DNA from: Dehalococcoidales bacterium
Lineage (GTDB): Bacteria > Chloroflexota > Dehalococcoidia > Dehalococcoidales > RBG-16-60-22
Direction of reading: 5' to 3'
Length of the DNA stretch: 64,000 nt
Assembly: GCA_050014095.1 (NCBI GenBank)
Contig: JBEKDZ010000001.1
Coordinates: forward strand, 43,989 to 107,988
Made by a program: the position numbers and the translations under genes. This document shows, in pieces, positions 1-15,474 of this stretch. The notes under the pieces are model-generated. The model searched no databases and was not told where the DNA came from. It saw nothing but the letters and a program-made list of their open reading frames with translations. How positions within the stretch are numbered: the first letter of the stretch is position 1; every line of letters begins with the position of its first letter.

Positions 1-810
1 GATATCGCCGCGAGAACGGCCACTATCGCGCATCTCTTTCACCTGGAAGATAATCCTTACCTGGCGGGCCAGCATAACCAGAATTTGCGCTGGCGCCATC
101 CCCTGCCGGAAAAGCTGCTGCAAAAGTTCCTGAGCTAAAGTTACGCGCGATTCAATAATCGCGTCCACCATACTAAAGACACTGGCATCCTGGATGCTAC
201 TCACTACCGCTTGCACATCTGCTTCCTCGATAGTACGACCGCCGGTAAAAAGAACCAGCTTATCAACCTCATTCGCCATCGTCCAGAGGTCGTTGCCGAC
301 GAGCCGGACCATCAGGTCCACGGCTTTTTTAGAAATGACGCCCTTCCCCAGTGAGTTTACCCTTTTCTCTACCCACTGGTTGATTTGTGTACCCTTTAAC
401 GACGGAAAAGTCCTTATCTTACTCATGGCGGCTAATTCATGCAGCAGCGGATTGGTAGACTTAATACTACCACCGAGTAGTACTAGCTCGGTGAATGGGG
501 GGAGGTTTTTAATGGCATCGGCGATAGGCTTATAGTCTGCCATTGGGTCGGGTTGGGGAGGCGACTTTTTTTTACCGTTCCTGCCCTTCGGTTCGAACCG
601 TTCGAAAAGTCCCTCAACAACAACCATTCGCTTATCAGTGAGGAAGGGTACTGTTTCACAGGCGGCGCGCAACTGCTCCAGTGTGACCCGGGCGCCTTCA
701 AGCACGGTGGTGTTAGGCATCAGGGCAGCGGGGTCGCCGGCGGACTTCTTTATCTCTTCCAACGCCTGATGTATAGAAAAATCGTCCTCGCCGATAAGTA
801 TGTGCAGCAA
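1..810 (-). CDS. holA: DNA polymerase III delta subunit (3' end outside window)
   Basis: Absent from the ORF track because no stop lies in the window. Manual translation from TTG at 810 (RBS GGAG): MLHILIGEDDFSIHQALEEI...ACETVPFLTDKRMVVVEGL...LVGNDLWTMANEVDKLVLF, open to base 1. Confidence 0.9.
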   Translation of the reverse strand, partial: MLHILIGEDDFSIHQALEEIKKSAGDPAALMPNTTVLEGARVTLEQLRAACETVPFLTDKRMVVVEGLFERFEPKGRNGKKKSPPQPDPMADYKPIADAIKNLPPFTELVLLGGSIKSTNPLLHELAAMSKIRTFPSLKGTQINQWVEKRVNSLGKGVISKKAVDLMVRLVGNDLWTMANEVDKLVLFTGGRTIEEADVQAVVSSIQDASVFSMVDAIIESRVTLAQELLQQLFRQGMAPAQILVMLARQVRIIFQVKEMRDSGRSRGDI

Positions 811-878
811 GGTCTACTCCCTCACTATTAGTGTCAAGTCATTATAACATATCGAGGAACAAACGCTGTATGGTATTA

Positions 879-1104
879 TTTGCATTTGGTTGCATAAACA
901 CTCACCCCCTTTTATCCCCCTCTCAAACCGGATTATTACCCATCCTCGATTTTTACCTGTTTGAGAGGGGGAAGTGAGTTCAGAGAGGGGGCTGCGCCCC
1001 CTCTCTATTACACTCCCCTCTCCAGCCAGAAAATCCTCCGGAGTGCCCGTTAAAACAGGCTGGAGAGGGGTCAAGGGTGAGGCATAAATTAAACAAAATG
1101 CAAA
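879..1104. repeat. MITE-like multi-hairpin palindromic element
   Basis: Terminal inverted repeats TTTGCATTT/AAATGCAAA and CTCACCC/GGGTGAG enclose three hairpins, including AGAGAGGGGGCTGCGCCCCCTCTCT. Partial copies at 17196 and 38452. Confidence 0.75.
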
Positions 1105-1161
1105 CGGAACCGGCTGTATCAATATTTGACAAAACACCGTCGTTAAGGAATAATCGCCAAT

Positions 1162-2268
1162 ATGAGTATCAGCATCGGCATCATCGGCTTGCCCCAGAGC
1201 GGTAAGACCACGGTTTTCAACGCGCTTACCGGCGGCAAAGCCGATACCGCATCCCATGCGGCCGGCGGCGTCTCCCAGCATATCGGTGTTGCCCATATTC
1301 CGGAACCTCGCCTTAAGGTACTGGCGGATTTGCTTCATCCGACTAAAGTCGTCTTTGCCGAGGCAAAATTCATCGACATCGGGGCGTCGGTAAAAAACCT
1401 CGCCAAGGATAAAGGTATCGGCGGCCAGCTGCTGAACCAGCTTAGCGCGGTGGATAGTCTTATCTGCGTCGTCCGCGTTTTTAAAGACGAAAGCATCCCG
1501 CACCCTCAAGGCAGCCTGGATATTAAACGTGACATCGAAGCTCTAAACCTGGAGCTGTCTTTCGCCGACCTGTCGATAATAGAAAGAAGGCTGGAAAAAC
1601 TGGAGGAGTCGATGAAGGCGGCTAAACCCGGTGAGCGCCAAGGCTTTTTGCAGGAAAAGGATATTTTACTTGGGTTTAAAGCCGAGTTGGAAAAGGATAA
1701 GGCGCTACGCACGCTCTCTATGGATACTACCGCGACCAGATTGGTCACCAACTACCAGTTTTTAACCGCCAAACCCATGCTTATCGTGGTAAACATCGAC
1801 GAAGACCAGCTAGCGCAGGCAGCCACTCTTGAGGCGGAGCTTAATACGCAGTTCGCCGATGCTAAATGCCGGGTAGTGACGCTTTGCGGCAAGCTGGAGA
1901 TGGAGCTGGCGCAGCTGGAAGAAAAAGCCGCGCAGGAGTTCCGCCGCGAATACGGACTAAAAGAGTCAGGACTGGAACGTACCGTCAAGATGTCCTACGA
2001 GCTTGCCGACATGATGACTTTTTTCTCCAGCGCCTCGAATGAGGTCAGGGCCTGGTCTATCAAGAAAGGCACCCCCGCCCAGAAAGCCGCGGGGAAAATC
2101 CACACGGACATGGAAAAAGGCTTCATCCGCGCGGAATGTATCAGCTTCGATGAGTTGGTTAAATGCGGCAGCTTTGCCGAGGCTAAAAAGAAGGGACTGC
2201 TCCGGCTCGAAGGTAAGGAATATGTTATCCAGGACGGCGATGTAGTTACCTTTCTCTTTAATGTCTAG
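1162..2268 (+). CDS. ychF: YchF-family ATPase/GTPase
   Basis: N-terminal IGIIGLPQSGKTT, FLTAKP, and C-terminal TGS-like AAGKIHTDMEKGFIRAE...EGKEYVIQDGDVV. Confidence 0.9.
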   Translation: MSISIGIIGLPQSGKTTVFNALTGGKADTASHAAGGVSQHIGVAHIPEPRLKVLADLLHPTKVVFAEAKFIDIGASVKNLAKDKGIGGQLLNQLSAVDSLICVVRVFKDESIPHPQGSLDIKRDIEALNLELSFADLSIIERRLEKLEESMKAAKPGERQGFLQEKDILLGFKAELEKDKALRTLSMDTTATRLVTNYQFLTAKPMLIVVNIDEDQLAQAATLEAELNTQFADAKCRVVTLCGKLEMELAQLEEKAAQEFRREYGLKESGLERTVKMSYELADMMTFFSSASNEVRAWSIKKGTPAQKAAGKIHTDMEKGFIRAECISFDELVKCGSFAEAKKKGLLRLEGKEYVIQDGDVVTFLFNV

Positions 2269-2671
2269 CGCCAGCGATGTTCTTACGCACCAGCAACTTC
2301 AAGCCTTTTTCGCCGGTTACCACAATATCTTCGCCGATGATTATATCGCCCTCTTCCGATATCGCGCTCCATAGCTCACCGTGTATTTTCACCATCCCCC
2401 CCGGCGCCAGGTTACCTGCTGCTTTTCCCGTAGCACCTACCATCGACGTTTGACCTACGGATTTTTGCTTTTTTAATATACTTGTAGTAAAAATAAAAAT
2501 ACAGGTGCCGATAATGCCCCACCCAACCATTACGCCAATCAGCACGCCCACATGAAGCTGGATGCCAAATGCCGGTAAAAGCCACTGCCAGACCGCCCAG
2601 ATACCTACCTGCTCCAGTGCCATGCTGATAATCGCCAAAACCAACCGGGTTAAAGTAAATTGTCTATTCAT
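2258..2671 (-). CDS. NfeD-like membrane protein
   Basis: Hydrophobic N-terminal helices, then VGATG...GMVKIHGELWSA...GEDIVV...LLV, typical of the NfeD C-terminal OB domain. Confidence 0.8.
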   Translation of the reverse strand: MNRQFTLTRLVLAIISMALEQVGIWAVWQWLLPAFGIQLHVGVLIGVMVGWGIIGTCIFIFTTSILKKQKSVGQTSMVGATGKAAGNLAPGGMVKIHGELWSAISEEGDIIIGEDIVVTGEKGLKLLVRKNIAGARH

Positions 2672-2783
2672 AATTTATGGCTATATTATAACAAGAGAGT
2701 AGCCTGATATTAAACATTTCACGCTATATAGTAACCAGGAAAAATATTTTCACAGAAAACTTTAATAATATATGTAGGTAGAC

Positions 2784-2812
2784 TTGACAAGGGTATTATA
2801 ATTATGATATCC
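2784..2812 (+). promoter_or_regulatory. Putative sigma70 promoter of rpoBC
   Basis: TTGACA at 2784 followed by -10-like hexamers (TATAAT/TATGAT/TATCCT) in an AT-rich region upstream of rpoB; the -10 position is ambiguous. Confidence 0.45.
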
Positions 2813-2971
2813 TTAATATTTGTAGTAAGTAATAATGCCCCAAGTGTTTGTTATTTTAATTTCCCATACCTAAATATACTTGATGTTGCCGTATATGCGT
2901 GCGCATTTTTTGTCTTAAGAAATATCGCTTTTTAAAACCGAGAATTGCCGTATTTGGTCTAAGGAGTAGAG

Positions 2972-10805
<7,834 letters not shown>

Positions 10806-10836
10806 TAATGACAACTTCTCTTTCCCGACGGCGGAG

Positions 10837-10908
10837 AAGGGGTTTACCCTGAGTATATCGAAGGGGTTTACCCTGAGTATATCGAAGGGGTTTACCCTGA
10901 GTATATCG
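10837..10908 (+). repeat. Perfect 24-bp tandem repeat x3
   Basis: AAGGGGTTTACCCTGAGTATATCG at 10837, 10861 and 10885, with no spacers. Confidence 0.95.
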
Positions 10909-10924
10909 AAAGGGGTGAGGCGAA

Positions 10925-11941
10925 ATCGCACGCATAATATCGGGTAAACCGATTGAAGAAGATAAACCGCTTGAGAATAGTCTTCGCCCCCGCAACCTGA
11001 CCGATTTTATCGGGCAGGAAAAAACGAAGGAAAACCTCAAGATTGCCATTACGGCGGCTAAGCGGCGTGGTGAACCTATCGACCATGTGCTTTTTTACGG
11101 TCCGCCCGGACTCGGTAAAACCTGCCTCGCCCATATCATCGCCATCGAAGTAGGTGTAAACATTAAAACGACGTCTGGTCCCGCTATCGAGCGTACCGGC
11201 GACCTGGCGGCTATTTTAACCAACCTCCGCGCCCACGATATCCTCTTTATCGACGAAATCCACCGCTTGAACCGGGCGATTGAAGAGATACTCTACCCCG
11301 CGCTGGAGGACTACGCGCTGGATATTATCATCGGCAAGGGACCCGGCGCCAAAAGCCTCCGCCTTAACCTCCCCAAATTCACCTTAATCGGCGCTACGAC
11401 GCGCTATGCTTTACTATCACCGCCTTTGAGAGATAGATTCGGCTCCGTCTTCCGCCTCGATTTTTACGACGCGGCGGCGCTGGAGAAAATTATCGAGCGG
11501 TCAGCGCGCATCTTGCAGGTAGAGGCTAAAGAAGATGGACTTAAGGAAATAGCCAAACGCGCCCGGGGCACGCCAAGAGTCGCCAACCGGCTTCTCAAAA
11601 GGGTGAGGGACTATGCGCAGGTAGTAGCGGACGGTGTGATAACACAAAATGTAGCTAAGGAAGCCCTCACCAAGCTAGGTGTCGACCTGATAGGACTGGA
11701 TGAAACCGACCATAAGGTGCTGCATACCATTATCGAGAAATTTAACGGTGGGCCGGTAGGACTGGATACCATCGCCGCTTCCATCAGCGAGGAAGCGGAT
11801 ACCATCACCGATGTTTATGAGCCTTTCTTAATGCAGTTGGGGTTTCTAGAGCGGACGCCGCGGGGACGCATGGCGACCAAACTCGCTTACGAGCACCTGG
11901 GGCTACCCTTCAATAAGTCCAACCAGCAGAAGCTACTTTAG
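10925..11941 (+). CDS. ruvB: Holliday junction branch migration helicase RuvB (start uncertain)
   Basis: [32 protein letters not shown]. The frame extends upstream of the track's GTG (11087) through the conserved [14 protein letters not shown] to ATC at 10925; in-frame TGA at 10916. Confidence 0.93.
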   Translation: MARIISGKPIEEDKPLENSLRPRNLTDFIGQEKTKENLKIAITAAKRRGEPIDHVLFYGPPGLGKTCLAHIIAIEVGVNIKTTSGPAIERTGDLAAILTNLRAHDILFIDEIHRLNRAIEEILYPALEDYALDIIIGKGPGAKSLRLNLPKFTLIGATTRYALLSPPLRDRFGSVFRLDFYDAAALEKIIERSARILQVEAKEDGLKEIAKRARGTPRVANRLLKRVRDYAQVVADGVITQNVAKEALTKLGVDLIGLDETDHKVLHTIIEKFNGGPVGLDTIAASISEEADTITDVYEPFLMQLGFLERTPRGRMATKLAYEHLGLPFNKSNQQKLL

Positions 11942-11957
11942 GCCGGTTTTTCGTCTT

Positions 11958-12566
11958 ATGAAAAAAGTCTTAATCCACGTCTGCTGCGCGCACTGTGCCG
12001 CCTATACGGCGGAATATTGGCGGCGGGAGGGCTACGAAGCAACTGGCTTCTGGTACAACCCCAACATCCACCCCTTTACCGAGCACCAGCAGCGATTAGA
12101 AAGTATGCAGTCGCTGGCGAAAGAGATTAACCTACCGCTCATTGTCTCCCCCGATTATGACATCATCGAATACTTCCGCAGGGTAGCGGGACATGAGACG
12201 GAGCGCTGCCGAGATTGTTTTGAGCTGCGTCTGACCAAAACGGCAGAAATTGCTAGTGAGAAAGGCTTTGACGGTTTCACCACCACCCTTCTCATCAGCC
12301 CCCACCAGAAGCACGAATTAATCAAAGAAGTTGGCGAGAGGGTGGCGGGCGAAAAGGGGACGGAATTTCTTTACGCCGACCTGCGTAAACGCTATTCAGA
12401 CAGCCGCCACATCACCAAGCCGCTGAACCTCTACCGCCAGCAGTACTGCGGCTGCCTCTACAGCGAGTGGAACGCTACACCCAGGAGAAAACAGGAAAAT
12501 AAGAGAGCCCCGAAAACTCGAGGCTCTCTGGCTATTCTGCCTTTTTGTCTTTTCTTTTTTAGCTAG
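11958..12566 (+). CDS. queH: Epoxyqueuosine reductase QueH (DUF208); 3' end probably frameshifted
   Basis: HVCCAHC, YNPNIHP, RCRDCFELRL, FTTTLLISPHQ, YRQQYCGC motifs. Confidence 0.85.
   Translation: MKKVLIHVCCAHCAAYTAEYWRREGYEATGFWYNPNIHPFTEHQQRLESMQSLAKEINLPLIVSPDYDIIEYFRRVAGHETERCRDCFELRLTKTAEIASEKGFDGFTTTLLISPHQKHELIKEVGERVAGEKGTEFLYADLRKRYSDSRHITKPLNLYRQQYCGCLYSEWNATPRRKQENKRAPKTRGSLAILPFCLFFFS
12501..12529. terminator. Hairpin, probable bidirectional terminator
   Basis: AGAGAGCC-N13-GGCTCTCT between the convergent queH and SIMPL genes. Confidence 0.5.
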
Positions 12567-13321
12567 TCCGCGATTGAGTAAGCTATCTGGACAGTCGTCG
12601 TAATCTCCAACTGGCCAGCGCTGATAGAAGTCGTGTCTATAGCCGGAGCAGCGGCTTCCACCCTGCCGTTGTAATAGTTAGAAGACGGCATATAGGAACT
12701 CTCGGAAGTATAGGTTACCTTGCCCAATTTAACGCCGGTCAGACTAGCCATCTGCTCGGCTTTAGCCTTGGCGTAGGTTACCGCCTTTTCTCTCGCTTGC
12801 GCATAGTAAATGTTCGGGTCTTCTACCGTGAAGTTGATGCCGTTGATACGAGTATAATCCCCACCCGCGACGACGACGGCATCGATAATCGCTCCAGTCT
12901 TTTTCACCTCGCGGACCTTCACTACTACAGTGTTCGTCACCCGGTAGCCGGTGGTAATCGATTCATTCTTGTCAGTTTCCCACTTGGTTATTTCGTTGAT
13001 GTTGAAATATTGAGTTTGGATGTCTTTATCGTCGATTCCGGCGTCTTTAAGAGCCTTGACTACCTTGTCCATGGCGGTGGTCGCCTTCGCCTGCGCCTCG
13101 GCCACACTGACCGCCTGGGCTTCTATGCCCAGCGTAATTTCTGTGTTGTCCGGAATAGCATAGACCTTGCCCGTGCCACTAACCCAGATTCCTTCCTGCT
13201 GGCCATACAAATTGCCCTTTAGCTCGAGGGTGCCGTTAATTCCATTCGAGCCGCAGCCCGCCAGAAAAACCACCCCTATCAGTAATACCACCCCAACTGC
13301 CACCAACCAGATTTTTTTCAT
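12563..13321 (-). CDS. SIMPL-domain (DUF541) lipoprotein
   Basis: Lipobox FLAGC, then IWVSGTGKV..IPD, DIQT, GYRVTNTV, AKAKAEQMA...GVKLG. Confidence 0.88.
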   Translation of the reverse strand: MKKIWLVAVGVVLLIGVVFLAGCGSNGINGTLELKGNLYGQQEGIWVSGTGKVYAIPDNTEITLGIEAQAVSVAEAQAKATTAMDKVVKALKDAGIDDKDIQTQYFNINEITKWETDKNESITTGYRVTNTVVVKVREVKKTGAIIDAVVVAGGDYTRINGINFTVEDPNIYYAQAREKAVTYAKAKAEQMASLTGVKLGKVTYTSESSYMPSSNYYNGRVEAAAPAIDTTSISAGQLEITTTVQIAYSIAD

Positions 13322-13427
13322 GATTTATCCTCCTTATTTTTTCCTTCCAATATATATAACGGGAAAATATCCACCGGGTTAGCCGCAAGCTATATTTGTT
13401 GTGGACACAGCTAAAGACCTCCCGAAG

Positions 13428-14420
13428 CTATCCAAGATTGGCAATGGCTTGTTGGTAGCCCTGCTCGAGCACTTCAATCGCTTTTTCTACGGCGGGTTTG
13501 AGAGCTTCCGGCGCTTTTTCCAGCTGGTCCCTTAAAATTTGTAGATTTTTTTCCAGTTTTTCTGTTAGCGTGAGCCTGAATTTTTCGATATCGCTAACTG
13601 CAACGCCTGTCTCTTCCGTCGTGTTTCTCTGAACAGTTTCAGGGGGAGGATTATTTATTGCCGTATTATTTTCTGCGGTAGCAGTTTGCGTTATAGTAAC
13701 AGGAGAAGGCGATGCTATTGTCGTCGGGGTAGGTGTCGAAGTCGTGGCAGGTTGAGTGGTAGAGACCGGCGGGGCTGGAGACGTTGTCGGGGCATTAGCA
13801 TTATCGTTAGCTATCATTAAACCATAAGAGGCTGATTTTTCTCCTTGAGTGGCAACATTTAAGTTATTGTTTGCCATCGCTACCAACTGGCTGTTCATAC
13901 GCTCCGTCGTCTGCTCAACCTGAACAGAATTAGCTTCTTCCGCCATTTTCACTATTTCTTCCACGCGATTATCGATAAACCTGCTGTTAAGCTCCGCTTT
14001 GCCCTGTTCGGATAACGTAAACGCCATCTGTACCGATTCTGTAGCCATCTTCACCGCATATAAAGGACTATCCGGCAAGGCATTAGTGGCAGCAGCGACC
14101 GTGCCGGTACCGCCTGCCAGAAGAACGAGAACGATAGCCACCGGCGCCACCCACCGCACTTGCCATTTAAAGCCGCTCCAACCCTTTTTAACTGGCATAT
14201 TACGGATGGCAGACTGGAACTCATCAGCGGCTCGCTGGCGGAACTCGGGACGTGGCTTGATTGAAGCCGCTAGCCTGGCTTCCAGCGCGGTTTTCAGCAG
14301 GGGCTCCAGTTCCGCGGAATATTGAGGATATCTTGACAGGCACGCCTCGATGGTCTCGCCTTTAATCAGTCGGTCGAGGCATTCATTCAGTATATTTTCA
14401 AATTCCTTCTCTTTAGCCAT
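13428..14420 (-). CDS. Putative anti-sigma factor (DUF5667-like membrane protein)
   Basis: N-terminal ECLDRL..GETIEACLSRYP, one TM helix, ALPDSPLYAVKMATE, Thr/Pro-rich linker; directly downstream of the ECF sigma gene. Confidence 0.7.
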   Translation of the reverse strand: MAKEKEFENILNECLDRLIKGETIEACLSRYPQYSAELEPLLKTALEARLAASIKPRPEFRQRAADEFQSAIRNMPVKKGWSGFKWQVRWVAPVAIVLVLLAGGTGTVAAATNALPDSPLYAVKMATESVQMAFTLSEQGKAELNSRFIDNRVEEIVKMAEEANSVQVEQTTERMNSQLVAMANNNLNVATQGEKSASYGLMIANDNANAPTTSPAPPVSTTQPATTSTPTPTTIASPSPVTITQTATAENNTAINNPPPETVQRNTTEETGVAVSDIEKFRLTLTEKLEKNLQILRDQLEKAPEALKPAVEKAIEVLEQGYQQAIANLG

Positions 14421-14425
14421 GATAT

Positions 14426-14965
14426 TTACTCCGTCGCCAGGGCTTTACGCAGGGCGACTATGGCGCTGTGCTGCAACGCTTTAATCGCTCCCTCACTCTT
14501 GCCCATCACCCCGGCAACCTCGGTAATCGATAGCTCGCTGGCGAAACGCAGCGAGATAACCTCCTGCTGTGCCGCCGTAAGTTTTCTGGTCGCCATCACT
14601 ACTTCTTCCACCGCTATTTTCTTTTCCACCAGGTATTTCGGGTCGCCTTCTACGGCAGGAATCGGCAAAGACTCATCGAGCGGCACCGTAGCGTGTTTCG
14701 CCTTCTTCCTAAAGAAGTCGACCACCTGGTTATGAGCGATACGATAGAGCCAGGAGGAGAAGGGCAACCCCTTTTCTTTATAAGAAGAGATAGACTGGAG
14801 GGCATGGAGAAATACCTGCTGCGTCATATCCTCTGCCTCGGTTCTATCGCCGATTTTGATAGCTATATAGCGATAAATCCTATCAAAGTGAGTTTCGTAT
14901 AGTTGAGTTAAAGCCACCTGGTCGCCCTGCTGGGCGCGCCGGATAAGGCTTACCTCATCTTGCAC
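14426..14965 (-). CDS. ECF-family sigma factor
   Basis: AEDMTQQVF, FSSWLYRIAHN, region 4 EVAGVMGKSEGAIKALQH. Start set to GTG at 14965 rather than 15133. Confidence 0.9.
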   Translation of the reverse strand: MQDEVSLIRRAQQGDQVALTQLYETHFDRIYRYIAIKIGDRTEAEDMTQQVFLHALQSISSYKEKGLPFSSWLYRIAHNQVVDFFRKKAKHATVPLDESLPIPAVEGDPKYLVEKKIAVEEVVMATRKLTAAQQEVISLRFASELSITEVAGVMGKSEGAIKALQHSAIVALRKALATE

Positions 14966-15137
14966 CGGAAACCCCCGTCCAGAGCCCCGACATATCGGGG
15001 CCGTAAATTTGGTGTTACCCTGTGCATATAGTATAACGAAAAACAGCCTCGAAAGATAGTTTTTAAGCACTGCGCCGTACGGAAAAAATCTGATAAACAT
15101 GTTATAATCAGGCAAAGAATTAAGAGGAGTCAAGTCT

Positions 15138-15359
15138 ATGGCGATTCGTAACTTTTACCAGGAAAAATGCAACGGCTGCGGTATCTGCGTGGCTTGCTGT
15201 CCCATGGACGTGCTGCGACTGGATAAAACGTCGAAAAAAGCGGTGGTGCAGTACCCCAAGGACTGCGTTGCCTGCTGGGGCTGCGAATCATTCTGCCCCC
15301 GAGGCTGTTTCGACGTCTCGCCGGAGCGCGGCCGTGGCGAGCTGGTAGCGCCGTACTAG
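15138..15359 (+). CDS. 2[4Fe-4S] ferredoxin (AprB-like)
   Basis: Two CxxCxxCxxxCP motifs; RBS GAGGAG. Confidence 0.9.
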   Translation: MAIRNFYQEKCNGCGICVACCPMDVLRLDKTSKKAVVQYPKDCVACWGCESFCPRGCFDVSPERGRGELVAPY

Positions 15360-15474
15360 GGGGAAAGTTCACAGTTTTAGGATAAGGGAGAAGTTTACAG
15401 TATACAGTTTTCCCCACCCCATTTCTCCTTACTGTCTACTGTGTACTGTATACCAACAACAAATTGGAGAATAT

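Noticed and set aside
814-1509. 231-aa minus-strand ORF
   Set aside because: Antisense to ychF and running through the palindromic element; no recognisable motif.
10837-10908. 24-bp direct repeats as a CRISPR array
   Set aside because: No spacers, only three head-to-tail units, and no cas genes in the window.
14966-15133. N-terminal extension of the ECF sigma factor in the ORF track
   Set aside because: It overlaps the divergent promoter region; sigma homology begins near GTG 14965.
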